Shown: piece after piece, positions 48,391 to 64,000 of the stretch | Layout: each line of letters starts with the position of its first letter | How positions within the stretch are numbered: position 1 is the first letter of the stretch | From: the human T2T-CHM13v2.0 reference genome, Homo sapiens | Assembly (NCBI RefSeq): GCF_009914755.1 | Contig: NC_060939.1 | Length of the DNA stretch: 64,000 nucleotides | Direction: 5' to 3' (one strand) | The notes under the pieces: generated by a model | Told to the model about the DNA's origin: nothing | The model's input: the letters and a program-made list of their open reading frames with translations, nothing else | The model's database searches: none | Translations under genes and position numbers: made by a program

Positions 48391-50898
48391 CTGTGGGAAG
48401 ATACCGTTCCTGCTGAAGTCTGGGGAAGAGGCTCCACCACTCCGGGCTCCCTTCCCAGAACCCTCACCTCCCTGCACCTCCTTCCCACCCCCTCAGCCTC
48501 GGTCCTCTGTGGAGAGGCTGTGTCGCCCACCATTCCCTGACACAGGGGCTGAGTGTCTGCATGTCTTTTCTCCTGTCTGACCTCACTATTGCCCTGGGAG
48601 GGCAGAGACAGCCATGGCCAGTTGGCAGGAGCAAGCCCAGGATCAGGGGCCAGGCCTCCGAGGCTTCCCGCAGCTCACCTGGACACCCTCCTGGGCCCTG
48701 GCACCCAGCCCCCACCCCACCACACGGCTCCCAGAGCTGTGTCAGTCTTCTCTCTCCAGCGGCTGCCGGGCTGCGATGGCTGTAGGCTTGGGGTCCAGGC
48801 CAGACTCCACCCAGGGATGTGACACACCTGACTCGAGCTGACCAGAAGGCTGCTGTCACCTATATGTGGCCATGCCTGCTTACCCTCGGGGAGTGGGAGA
48901 GATGCCCCACAATTCCTGCCCCTCTCGGACGGTCCTGGCCCAGCCTGCGCAGAGATGGACACCAGCCAGGGCTATTTCTAATGCAGGGTAAACGTGACCT
49001 CAGGGGACGGTTGGTGCACTACAGCCCAAGGGCCACATCCAGCATTTATCCTGGACCACAGTCACACTCATTCATTGACAATCTTTTGTGTAGCAGTGGC
49101 TGAGCTGAGTAGCTGTGACAGAGGCAGTGTGGCCCCAAAAGCCTGAACGACTGACCATTGTGCCCTCTACAGAAAGCACTTGCCGATGCGGGCCGAGTGC
49201 TTGAAGGAGCACGTTTCCCATCCTGGGGCCGTGAGTGCACCCCGGCTATGCTGCTGCCTGTCCTGAGTCCAGAGCCCGGTGACTCGGTCTCCACAGTGCT
49301 TGCATCAGCTGCCCACCTCCCCATTGTTGCCAGTTAAGGGTGGAACAGGCCCCATAGGCAGGGCTTGGAGCTTTGTTGTGCTCATGCCTGGGCCTCCCTG
49401 GGGGGCAGTTCTTTGCTTTATACAGATGTCCCCTCCCTGCTGTGTGAAGCCTTCCCACGCTCAGACACCAGGCCTCCTCGTGGGGCTCTTTGCAGAGCAG
49501 CCCTCTGATGGGGTCTGGTCTCACCACGGACTCCGCTGCTCTGGAGCCCCAGGTGCAGCATCGCTTCAGCCTGGGTGGGAGGTGGGTTTTATTCCTAGTG
49601 TGTCTGAGGATGCTGAGCCTAGAGCTCAAGCCCTTGGTCTGTAATTGTAAATGTGTAAACCCCACAGGCAAACTCACACCCACGAGCCTTTCTAATATTC
49701 CCATCCAGGCCGCCCCAGAGGAAAGGATGGGGTTAGAGGACTTGCCAGAGGGGGTTGTGCACTTGTGGGAAGCCCCATGGGTCTGCCCCCATCATGCTGC
49801 CCCCTCCCCACACCTGCCCTTGCACATTCTGGTGGCCCAGCCACCAAACCCTGATGCCCCAGTACAGGTTATGACTTTCCCCACAGACCCTCTGGTTTCT
49901 CTTACAGACAATGCCACTGGTGAGACGAGAACCAGGGCCGAGCTGAGTCATTTAAAGAGATGTCAGTGGTCTGGAGGACCCAGGGGCCCAGTGCCCCCAG
50001 GCCACGGCTGAGGGCTGCTTCATCAGTGAAGAACTGTGGTGAGGAGCGCGCTGCGGTGGACAGCCAGGAGGTTACGGCTTGCTTGCTTCTTCAAATACAA
50101 CCTCACCCAGCTCAGCAGGATGGCAGGGGCCTCGGTTTTCCATTGCTCTAACCAGGTTGCCACACACTCAGCAGCTGAAAATAACACCCACTCAGCGGCT
50201 CCCCGCTATGCAGGCAGAAGTCCAGGCAGGTGCAGCTGGGCTCTCCACCTAGGGTCTCACGAGGTTCAGGGCAAGGTGGTGGCCAGGCTGGGCTCTCCTC
50301 TGGAGGTCTGGGGAAATAATCCATCACCATGCTGCTCAGGGAGATGGGTGATGCTCCCGTCCCCGTTAGGCCAGTGCAGACGGCTCTCCCTGGGAGACCC
50401 TGTGTAGCTCCTGCTTTCCGTCAGGATTACCGTGCCCAGCAGCGGGTCCTCGTGGGCAGCACCAGCTTTGGGCAGGGTGGCTTTTAAGATGCTTCTGGTT
50501 CTGCAACCATCTATGGTACCTACTTTTCCCCCAAACACCATGGCCGCTTTGCCCTGCCACATTCTGGAAGGACAGGGATGCCGGATGCAGCCCTCTGTCC
50601 CTGCTCCCTTGCAGAGGCCACTCCCATCAGCCTCCTGCCTGTTCAGGAGTGGGATGCAGAAGACTGACGCTTTCATGCTCCAGCCTGGACGCAGCATGCG
50701 CATTGGCAGAAGGCGTGCCCCTTCAAGCTGTGCCCCTGGGAGTCTCTGCCCCCGCTGAGCCTGGGGGCAAGTGGAGGCAGGGCCAGGGCATGAGGAGTTT
50801 GCCTCCCCCGCTGGCAAGCACTCCACAGAGGCCTGTTTTTCTTCCAAGTTGTCCAGGCTGGCTCTTGCTGGGTCCTCTCACTAGGTCTTGAGGGTGTC

Positions 50899-51002
50899 CG
50901 GCCCCTCTCTTAGGGAACTTATCGTGCATTGTTCTCAGCGTCGGGCCTCGGCCCCTCTCTTAGGGAACTTATCAGGCATTGTTCTCAGCGTCGGGCCTCG
51001 GC
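50899..51002. repeat. 50-bp tandem duplication (2 copies)
   Basis: GCCCCTCTCTTAGGGAACTTATC..GCATTGTTCTCAGCGTCGGGCCTCG starts at 50901 and 50951. Confidence 0.95.
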
Positions 51003-51989
51003 TTCCACCTGCAGTTGCCAACCCAGCAGGCCTGCGTCCTGACCTGCATGTTCCAACGCAGCCCGTCTGGCCACATGCTCCCTCGGAGCTGCCTGGCACA
51101 GCAGCAGCGGACGGCCACGGCGTCCACCAGCATTCTGGGGCCTGGAGGATGCCTGTGGTTCTCAGCTCAGGCTGTCCAAGTGGGGAGAGACCCCGCAGAA
51201 CCAATCGGACCAAGGCCTTGCTTCCTTTGGGAGGCGTCCACACTGACGCTCTTCCTGGGGGGTGCTTCTCCAAGACCCGGTGTGTCAGCCCCAGCACTGT
51301 CAGCCTCTGCAGGGCCGAAAGCTGCCCCTCACCTGGGAACAAGTACCCAGGAAACTCCTGTCCTCCACTGCCCAAAGAGAGGTTTGCGGTGGGGCTGCCC
51401 GCCTGCTGCCTCCTGAGGGGCAAAGAGAGGTTTGCGGTGGGGCTGCCTGCAGGGGTCCAGTTGCACAGCTGTGGGCATGATCAGCATGCCCTGAAATCCA
51501 GGGCATTTGACAAATGAAAGTGATTATCACTGTTTAATTCCAAGTTCTCCCTGGATTGCTATATTTAATTATCTGAGAACCAGCTGACTGGTTACCATGA
51601 AGGGTTTAACTTCAGACAACTGTGCCCAGGGCCCCGTGCAGGACTCAGCAAGGCTGCACCTTGCAAGCGGGTGGCAAGTTTCCTCCATTACAGCAACGCA
51701 GTAGAAGGGGCTGATGCTTGCCGAGATACGTAACCGCCACCAGGTCCCTCTGCTGTGGGTCAGACAAGTGCAAGGGCTCGGTGGTCCCTCATGGGCTCAC
51801 TGTAGGGCTTTGTTTCTAGGGGAATAGGTTACAACCCACAGTGGTTCTTACACACAGCCTGGGAGGCAGACCCCACTGTGTGGTGAATCGGTACCCAGCT
51901 GGCAGCCAGCCATGGGCACCCCTCCCCTGCTCTGACACAAGCCTTTGAGGGCTCCCTCATTTTCAGTCTTTTTCAGACGGAAGCCCCCC

Positions 51990-52692
<703 letters not shown>

Positions 52693-52702
52693 CCTGGTAC
52701 TT

Positions 52703-53516
52703 CCCTCACAGCCCACCACATCATCACACCCTCACAGCTCACCCCATCATTACACCCTCACAGCCCGCCCCATCATCACCCCTCACAGCCCACCCCATCG
52801 TCACCCCTCACAGCTCACCCCATCATCACCCCTCACAGCTCACCCCATCGTCACCCCTCACAGCCCACCCCATCGTCACACCCTCACAGCCCACCCCATC
52901 GTCACACCCTCACAGCCCACCCCATCGTCACCCCTCACAGCCCACCCCATCGTCACACCCTCACAGCCCACCCCATCGTCACCCCTCACAGCCCACCCCA
53001 TCGTCACCCCTCACAGCCCACCCCATCATCACCCCTCACAGCTCACCCCATCGTCACCCCTCACAGCCCACCCCATCGTCACCCCTCACAGCCCACCCCA
53101 TCGTCACCCCTCACAGCCCACCCCATCGTCACCCCTCACAGCCCACCCCATCGTCACCCCTCACAGCCCACCCCATCGTCACCCCTCACAGCCCACCCCA
53201 TCGTCACCCCTCACAGCCCACCCCATCGTCACCCCTCACAGCCCACCCCATCGTCACCCCTCACAGCCCACCCCATCGTCACCCCTCACAGCCCACCCCA
53301 TCGTCACCCCTCACAGCCCACCCCATCGTCACCCCTCACAGCTCACCCCATCGTCACCCCTCACAGCCCACCCCATCGTCACCCCTCACAGCCCACCCCA
53401 TCGTCACCCCTCACAGCTCACCCCATCGTCACCCCTCACAGCCCACCCCATCGTCACCCCTCACAGCCCACCCCATCGTCACCCCTCACAGCTCACCCCA
53501 TCGTCACACCCTCACA
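52703..53516. repeat. VNTR/minisatellite, 25-bp unit ACCCCTCACAGCCCACCCCATCGTC, about 32 copies
   Basis: 25-nt periodicity seen directly, with variant units (GCTCA, ATCATC, CACACCC). Confidence 0.97.
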
Positions 53517-53820
53517 GGTCCCTTCAAACTCCTCAATGTTGCTCCCACCCTGAATAAGACAGGTTGCCCTGCCCTGTTCTGGGTCCTGAGTTCATGATCT
53601 CCCAACATAGGGCAATATTCAGCCAGAAAAGAGGAGACCAGAGCAAACAGCTCCTCCTTTAACAGCTCATGTCCAACAACAGAAGGGTCCAGGGCCATCA
53701 AATAAGAATGGTGACTCTGTGGAGGGACACATGGGAGGAAGCACAAGAGGAGGATATGGAGGGTGAAAATAGATGTACGTGGACTGTGCAGAGAACAGCT
53801 TTAGAATGAGGAAATTGTCA

Positions 53821-54447
<627 letters not shown>

Positions 54448-54464
54448 CTATTCTGCTTCCCATC

Positions 54465-54693
54465 TTATCCCGCTGCTGCACGGTGTCTGCCCACAGCAGG
54501 GACCCAACAAATATGCATCCAGTGAACAAAGGGACGAAGGCCCCTCAGCAGCTCTGTAAATGGGCTCCTGTCCACAGTGGGGTGATGCAACATGCCCTCC
54601 CCGGCCCCTGGGGAAGATGCTGCCAGACTCTGCCCTCCAGGCACTCCTTTGCTGGACACAGCTGCCTGCCGTTCCCCGCCAGGAGGACCGTAC
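54465..54693 (-). CDS. PCSK6: Intron read-through C-terminus (YGPPGGERQ...VGRHRAAAG-stop), PACE4E-type isoform tail
   Basis: Frame stays open for 75 codons past the donor (ORF 54465..54761); resembles the PACE4E tail as I recall it. Confidence 0.65.
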
Positions 54694-54823
54694 CTTCGAC
54701 ACACTTTGTGGGGCAAGCCCGGCATCTCTTCTGGGTAGAAGCCCTCACCACAGGCTGGCACACACTTCCAGTCGTGGAAGTGGAAGTTTTTCGCACAGTG
54801 AATGCACTCTTCTCTGCCTGGCC
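54694..54823 (-). CDS. PCSK6: PACE4 Cys-rich exon (GPGREECIHCAKNFHFHDWKCVPACGEGFYPEEMPGLPHKVCR)
   Basis: Acceptor TCTCAG|, donor AG|GTACGG; 130 nt. Confidence 0.94.
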
Positions 54824-57800
54824 CTGAGAGACACAGGAAAAGAAGCAGGTATCAGGGATGGCTGGCAGAAGACCATGCCCCAGGCCTGCTTCAGGGCCTT
54901 GTGAGATCAGGGGTACCATTCAGGAGCCCCCAGGCCACCACCACAGCTGCCATTTCCCAGGTTCTGTGAGCTGGGCCGTCCTCACCCACTCCCAGGAGGT
55001 GGGCATCGCCATCACCATTTCACAGACGGGGACATCGAGGCATGAGATGATCTCAGAGGGAGCACACCTGCCCACTGGCCGTGCCACGATGATGGGCCCT
55101 GTTTCCAACAGGCCTAGGCCCACCTCTGCTCCCTGAACACTTGGAAATCCAGTGCCAAAGTCTTCATATAAAAAATATAAAACAGCTCATTTATTTTTTG
55201 TATGGATACATGTTGAAATGGCAATATTTTAGACACATTAGGTTGAATAGGATATGTTACTAAAATTATTTTTGCCTGTTTCATTTGACTGTTTAAGATA
55301 TGGTTACTAGGCAACTTCAAATTGCACCCGTGGCTTGCGTTTGTGGCCCTTCCATTGCACAGAACGCTGTAGAAGATGACGGGGGAAGATGAAAGAAGAG
55401 ATCTTTGGGAATGGTGTTGACAGGTGTTTGGTGTGTACAGCCAGGGCGTTTTCAACAACAGAGAAACAAATGCCTAAGACTAAGGGTTTATAGGGCAGGG
55501 AGGAGAGACTCGAAGACACAACAGTTCTGAGCAAAGGGCCACGAGTCATGGAGGAAAACCTTCAGGTTGGCTCAGGGTCCGAGGAGGACCTGTCGACCTG
55601 GGTCAGATGTTGGACTAGTTGACTAGATAGCACCTCCTCTGGGCCAGGTGTCTCCAGGGAGCAACTGATGGGACGTCAGAGAGGGGCAGTGAAGTAGTCA
55701 CTGACTGACAGCGGAGAGGGTTACAGGCAGGGAGGAGATTATCTCAGGGGCTCTATGATAATCACAATGCCCAGGTAAACCTCCTCACAGCTGCTTCAGT
55801 TCGATTGTGGTCGCAGATCGAGGCCTTGCAGTCTGCTCTGGACTCAGATGGGGCCTCTCGCTGCATCAAGGGAAAATCCCTTTGCAGAGGTTCCGGAGCC
55901 TGGAGGGCTCAAGCACAAGGCCCTGGGCTCTGGGGCTGGCTTCACACCTCAGAACCACAGCCGTAAGCCTGGGAGGGAATTCTGAGCTCCTGCAGGAGAA
56001 GCTCCTCCTTGGAGAGTCAGGAAGAGTGAAGCCGAGAAGGCCACAGGGTTTTGAGCAGGAGGCAGATGTAGGGACCTCAAGGGGCCTCTTGAGGACCACC
56101 GTCTTCATGGCAGGTGTCTCCCTCTCTTCCTGAGGTGCGGTGGAAGAGCTGTGCCCCGGGGGCGGGACTCTGTCTGGTTTATGTTGTTCTGGAGCAGAGG
56201 CTGCTCGTATGCTTTGGCCAATGCCGCCCCTCCCCATCACTGGTCTCTGGGAGCATCTGGTGGGTGGGTCTCATACACCAGGCGGGGTGCCACTCTGAGT
56301 GGGGTTTGGGAGCTGTTCAGGGCCTGCCGTTGTACCTCTCACGCCTCACCTGCTGAACCCGTCTTCCCCACTATCCTTCCTCCAGCACCAGGGTCCTTAA
56401 CACCTGTGGAGCCTCCCAAGTGGGAAAGAAAGCTCATTCTTGTTTGTACTTAAGTTTCATGCTCAATGTATTAAGCTTCAAAGTTGTTAAAACACATTTA
56501 TTTGGAGGTGGTGGCGATGGTGGCACACAAATGTAAATTCACTTAATGCCACCGAACTGTATGCCTAAAAATAGTCAAGATGGTACATTTTATGTGATGT
56601 GTATTTTACCGCAATAAAAAAGCTGTTAAAGTGGGTTGATTTTCTAAGCGACCTATTTTCTCAACTACTAAAAAATATGAATTTCATAACTCAGTGAAAG
56701 TCTTTTAAGGATTCCATTAAGTCGCAAGTCTCTATAGACTTTGAACACTTTAAAAGCACCCACAATCATAGCAATAAGAGCAGAACGGGCTGTGCTTATA
56801 CAGGACCTGCTATGTTGTTTGCGGGGCCCAGTATAAAGTGAAAACATGGAGCCTTTGTTCAGAAAGCTGGAAGAATGTGCCACGACAGGGACTAAAACAG
56901 AAAGCGTTTTCCTTTCTTTTGAATCTCTCTTGGTCTGTTGTGGTGTTTCTCATTTGCTGTTTCAAGTAGTGCCGTCTCAGGCACAGGACGCTCATGCTTG
57001 AGGGCTGACCGTCACAGGTGCTTGGGGCACTGCCCCGCAACTTGGTATGTGTGTGCCCTGCAGGCTGTCAGCTGCTAATCCACATGCCATGCCCCAGGTG
57101 GGTAAGTCGCGTCCCACGGGGCCACTGCATTAACCCAGCTGTGCCAGCAGCCCCGAAGGATTACAACCTCCATGCCAGGACACACGGGGCACCTGGACTC
57201 AGGAGGATGAGAGGCTCATCTCGATCGAGTTGCCTGCCAAGTGCACTGGGGCACTGTGAGCCAAGGGTGGGGACAGATTCCGCCATGCCCTACCCCAAGC
57301 ACTCATGCCTGACTCCGACCCTCCCCACGACTGTGCCCAGGCCCCTGGGTGGGTGGTGGACAGCAGTGGTCACTGAATGGGAACAGGGAGGGGAATGCCA
57401 GGTGGGCCTGGGTCTCCAGGGCACAGGAAGTAGGCAGCTGAGAACAGCTGCCTCCAATGAGGTCCACACCTGACATGGAACAAGAAGCCTCCAGTGACTC
57501 AGAGGAGGAAAATGAGGTCTCTCTCCCAAGAGGCTGCCAGGGGATAGATGTACACGTTCCCAGGAGCTTAGAAAGAACCCCAGGCCAGAGGGCATGGGGC
57601 GCAGGGGAGACCCCCAGAGCTGTGGACCTGCTCACCAATGAATTTAATAGCTGAAGTGATGGAGAAGTCACTGGTTTGAGATGAGAATTCCAAGGGACTC
57701 TATAAAGCTTTTTGCCATCAGGCAATCTGGGGACTCAAAGAAAGAAAAGTGAATTATTGAAATCAAAGAGTTGCAAAACTGTATGCCTGAATGTTATGGA

Positions 57801-58212
57801 TTCAAGTGACTACGAAATTTAAATAAGCAACATCAGTGATGCTGCCTAATCCATCTGGGCTAAATAAGTCAAAGAAATAATAAAAATAATAGACAAAAAG
57901 GCGACAGGCAAACTGCTGGGGAAATCTGCTGAGCTGCCAGCGGGTGGAACCCATCCAGATGCTGAGCACTGTGGCCTTGAGGGCTGCCCCAGGAGGGAAC
58001 TGAGGAGGACATGTCTCCCCTGGGTGGTCTGAGGTCAGCCTGGCAATCATAGGAGGACACTGGCCTTGGCCACAGCCTTGTTCATCAGGCCTGTCTATTC
58101 CAGGACATACGGCAGGGAGCTGCATGGGGTGCTCATGGCCGGCCACGTGGGGAGGGGTGTGCCCATTCTGCAGGATTTCTGAGGCACAGTAGTATCATGG
58201 AAACTGGTTTAG

Positions 58213-58539
<327 letters not shown>

Positions 58540-59636
58540 TAATTCTTAAAGTATTACTGCAGAAAAAGCTCATATGATGTGAGTTTCTTAGAAAGGACCA
58601 AAGTACCAAGGACAGGAAGGAGAGAGGAGAAAACTTAACCCAAAACATATCCGAGCCCACAGACTGATGGTGCACTTCAACTTACTGTGCAAATAGCTCT
58701 GCAAAACAAAATCCAATAAAATGAATGAATTCTCTGCTATTCTGCATAAAAACTGTGCCTGGGAGACATCTGTGCCATCATCTTTGTGGGCAATTATAAT
58801 ACATGTAAAATTGTTTATAGAATTCTTTTCCTCTTTGAAAAAATGTTCAAAATAAGTGAAGATAGGCACAAAGAACTAAGGCTATGTTTGAAAACATCCC
58901 CATCCCCACCTGGATCCATTCCCGCCTCTCCCAAAGCCCTCTCAATGTTTATGGTGTTGTGTTTCTGTCCGCGCCGTTCCACAGCAAGAGCTGAGCTCTG
59001 AGACAAGATGGCTTATGAGTGGTGAGCATCTCTTATCCCTTTCCCCATCTGAAATAAGCCACTGCCTGGCTGGGTTTCTAATGAGAACCTCAGGCTGCGT
59101 GTTCAAAGTGGGCCTTTGCATTGTTTTGGGATTTTGTTTCAAATTTAAAAACATGGTTTTAAAAAAAATTTCCAACAAAACGTTTTCCTTTTGTGGAGAA
59201 CGGGGTCTCACAGCTTTGCTGCCCAGGCTGGTCCTGAGTTCCTGGGCTCGAGCTGTCCTCCCATCTCTGCCTCTCTAAGTGCTGGGGTTATAGGCATGAG
59301 CCACTGCAATGTACATAAAATCTACCATCTCAGCCATTTTTAAGTACACAGTTCAGCAGCATTAAGTACATTCACACTGTTATGTAACCATTGCCAGCAT
59401 CTATCCTTAGAACAATTGTCATTTCTCAAGTTGAGACTCTGTAACCATTAAACATTAAATCCCCACTCTCCCGGCCCCCAGTCCCTGGTAGGGCCTTTGT
59501 ACCTTGTTTTGCCCTTGCATTTTAATGCTGCAATAAATGCAGAAGCCCACGAAGTCCTAGGGCTTTCTCGGGTTCAAGGCAGCTAGCCTACGCTTGGGTG
59601 ACGCTGGCCCGAGGCCTCCGCAGGCGGTGAACTCAC

Positions 59637-59740
59637 CCACGCAGGTTCCGCAGGTGTGATGGCATTCCCCACATCTGATCAGCTCTGAGTCAAAGTAGGT
59701 GCCTGGCTCACAGTCAGGAATGCAGCTGCCCCGTGCAAGG
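59637..59740 (-). CDS. PCSK6: PACE4 Cys-rich exon (SLARGSCIPDCEPGTYFDSELIRCGECHHTCGTCV)
   Basis: Acceptor TTCAACAG|, donor G|GTGAGT; 104 nt; phase-compatible with neighbouring exons. Confidence 0.94.
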
Positions 59741-60704
59741 CTGTTGAAAAGAAAGAGGCAGATTTCCACATCCATTCCAAAAGTCTAATTATGACTTGCC
59801 CTCTAGCACCTTTCCCAAGAGGAGATGTAAGTGGCTGAGGCACAGTTCTTTGTGTCACCGAAAGTTCTCAGCTAAGGAAAGTCGGGAAAGCCATCCCGCA
59901 GTCCGCTGGGGGCCCAGCAGGAAGGGGTACAAGGCCCTGGGAAGCAAAGCTCCCATCACCAGGCAGCAGGCGCCAGGCTCCGTCCTTGACCCAGTGATAG
60001 CTTTTTCTTACTGTCATTTCTCCAACTCGAATCCAAACCCCATGAAGAGAAGTGGAGCTGTGTGGGTCATCACTGGTGGCACGCTAGCTCAGTCTCAGTG
60101 TCAAGTCCCTCTTGAAGTGTTGGCATTTATGGCGTGTGACGGGGCTGTCGGCTACAAGGCTGGCCCTGAACCCCAACCCGCTCTTGCCTCTCTTGCTTGA
60201 AACCTTGGAACCTTCTGCAGCTTCGCAATGAACTTGAAATAAGACGCCCTCTGGAGCCCCAGCAGGCCTGTCAGATGCAGCCCCTACCTTCCTCTTTCGC
60301 CCCATTTGTGCCCTCACTTCACTCCAGCCAGCCGAGTGCTGGACAGAGACACAGATGCTGAGCTAGACCACCCACGTGGATGGCTTCTGCCACCTTCCCA
60401 GTGTTCGACCCCAAGCAAGCCAGCCAGCCCCTCTACATCTGTTTCCCTTCCTGTTAATTGGTTTCTACATCATAAAGTTGCTTGGAGGACTCAATGAGCT
60501 AATACCCATAAACATTTCAGTGTCTGGCACACAGCAGTGTGAATCAATATCACCTACTATTATCTCTTTAGTTCCTGAGATTATACTGTGTACAGTCTGT
60601 GACGTACATGTTCTAGATGGGTTTGCCATACTGAGCAAGGGCTCTGGGGTGCATCTGTCAGACCCGGAGACTCCTGCTATGACACTGGGATTTATAATAA
60701 GAAA

Positions 60705-61968
<1,264 letters not shown>

Positions 61969-63837
61969 TAAATCATGTCTTTATAACTGACACTCCCCTG
62001 CAAACCTTTCCTGTGTTGATCCCCCTGAAGAGATGGAGGGCCAGAGGCGGCGGCTCGGCTGCTCTCTTGCTGCTTTAACATGACTGCAGTGATTAGAAGT
62101 CACAGCTTAAGAGGATATTGGGCAATAAACGGAAGCTCTCTGTGGCTGACGGCTGGCGATGCGTCTGGAGTTTGCACGCCTCTCTGAAAGCTCGTCAGTG
62201 ACGGAAGCACTGCCTCTATGTGGCGGGGCTACCGACAGGAGGCGTTTTCTCTTTAGCACACCATTCCTACATTGAGTATCCGATTTCCCTCTCCTACAGG
62301 ATGGGACGGGATGCATAAATGCATTCCCGGGGACCCCTCAGCACTTCTCTGCTGGGAAACAGGCAGGTTCCAGGGAGCTGGGAACACAGAGCCTCCTCTT
62401 CCTGATGCCCCCAGCTACCAGCCTGGGTTGAGGATCCACTCCTGGGCTGCCTGACCTGCAGAGCCTGGGACATCAAAGCTGGCCTCTCCCAGGCCGCCAG
62501 CGGAATGCCTCCTTCCTCTTCCAACTCTTTTATCTTTGGGGGATCCCTTTCCTGGGCCAGTTCATCCTTTCACTCCTAATCCTGCCTTGTCCAGCCAACA
62601 GGTTTAAATGACAGCAGATGTGATGCATGACTTTGGGAGCCTTGCTTTGCCTTCCCTCTCCTGGACTCCTAGCTGCTTGGGGTCCTCTTCTCCCCAGTAC
62701 TCTGATCTGGAAGAAAGAGGCAGGCTGAAGGAAATGAAGGCAGTAGCATAGTGCCTCCTGGGGAAACTTCATCTCCCCTGTTTGTAAAATGCGAGTAAGA
62801 ATTATGTCTACTTCACAGGTTGCTGCAAAGATTAAATGAGGCAACACTGGTGCAAGCCCCTGGAATAAGAGAAGATATGCTCAGTAAGTTTTCTTCCTTT
62901 GTTCTTTACTCCAAAAAAGAAACTTCTTCTATGGAGAATTCCAGTCCTCACAGCATTTGAGAAGGGAGACGGGGCTGGGGGTGTGTTGCAGCCCTCCACC
63001 GCCTCACCCTGCAAAAGCAGCTCCCTGCCTGGACCGCAGCATCCTCACCACTGCCAGCCTGCGGAAATGCAGAGTCGTGGGCTCTGCCCAGACCTGCTGC
63101 ATCAGAACCTGCATCTGGACATGAGGTGATCCTTCCAGTGCGGACCATGGTGCTAGTCTCCCTACTATGGGAGTGTCCCCCAAAAAATTTTGAACAGAAT
63201 GTTCTAAGATTTTAGACAGCAATTCGGAGGAACAGGTAATGTATATTTGATTGCATTAAATGCAGTTTGGTTGCACTAAATGGGCTGAAGAAACATTTCA
63301 AAATATTCCAAGAACAATCATTAACCCAGTAGAATGATTTTAAAGAAAATGCATGCTGAGCTTTATGGGGCTGAGCCTGATGAACAGGGAGAACCAGGAA
63401 CGTAAAGAGCACCCTCAGGAAGCCGTGAAGATGTCAGGAGCTGGGAGAAAAAGAGAAGACCGAGGGATGCAGAGGAGAGAGGGTGGGTGAGCCGCTACAG
63501 CCCATCCCCGGCCCAGACAGCGAGGGGAACTGGAGCAGGTGGAGGTGCTGGAGCGAAAGGAGGCGGATCTGGGCACAGCCCTGTGCTGTACGTGATGTGA
63601 TCAAGTGCTGCTTTGCCCAATTCGCCCATGTTGTGTAAAATGTAGAGATTCCGCCCATCCTCTCCCTTTCCATCCTAAGTGGACACACGATTTCCAGGAC
63701 TCGGAATCTTTACCCTCAATGGCTTTGGGCCTCTGACAGTTCAGCTTTTAGGAGAAATGCACCAACGTGGTAAATCCATAACACACTCCAAGCAGCGCCA
63801 CCGCCCTGACATTCCTCAGGTTTCGAGGGGGTTTTAC

Positions 63838-63925
63838 CTGAATCCTTCTTTACAGACAGTACATTTCTCAGGTTCATCCACGCACTTTTTACAGCTTGGG
63901 TGGCATTTAAGGCAATTTTTCTGAC
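63838..63925 (-). CDS. PCSK6: PACE4 Cys-rich (furin-like repeat) exon (SQKNCLKCHPSCKKCVDEPEKCTVCKEGF); gene continues beyond the window end
   Basis: Acceptor TCTCCAG|, donor AG|GTAAAA; 88 nt; CxxC repeats. Confidence 0.92.
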
Positions 63926-64000
63926 CTGGAGAAAAATAGCGAGATAAGAAAAGAGAAGGGACGACACTGACAGGAATGAAATCTGGGCAAGCAGGCCCCC

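Noticed and set aside
48280-50400. Possible antisense lncRNA over PCSK6 3' exons
   Set aside because: I recall an annotation near here but cannot derive a start site, exons or poly(A) site from the sequence
52703-53516. CRISPR-like array or repetitive coding region
   Set aside because: Units are contiguous with no unique spacers; the plus strand is stop-free only because of base composition and has no start codon; eukaryotic minisatellite

Overview
Human (primate) genomic DNA recognisable as the 15q26.3 SELENOS-SNRPA1-PCSK6 region. All three genes are on the minus strand. (1) SELENOS (VIMP/SEPS1) is complete: 6 coding exons from 18449 down to 13803, 570 nt = 189 aa, with an in-frame UGA read as selenocysteine at the penultimate codon, a SECIS element, a stop-proximal hairpin, and an alternative 3'UTR intron that would delete the SECIS. 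(2) SNRPA1 (U2A') is complete: 9 coding exons from 36229 down to 22757, 768 nt = 255 aa. (3) The last five canonical coding exons and 3'UTR of PCSK6 (PACE4) are present, plus two alternative C-termini readable from the sequence: an intron read-through tail and a terminal exon made from a MER20 DNA transposon. The rest is repeat-rich: about 30 Alus, L1 fragments, MaLR/ERV LTRs, MER elements, a 25-bp VNTR and STRs. Almost all ORFs in the supplied track are spurious (Alu-derived or GC-rich). I found no clearly undescribed biological system. The most interesting items are the SELENOS 3'-end recoding/splicing switch, the MER20-derived PCSK6 terminal exon, a ~500-bp inverted duplication, and several template-switch scars. 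Exon boundaries were read by hand and checked for phase; repeat boundaries and subfamily names are approximate, from recalled consensus sequences.
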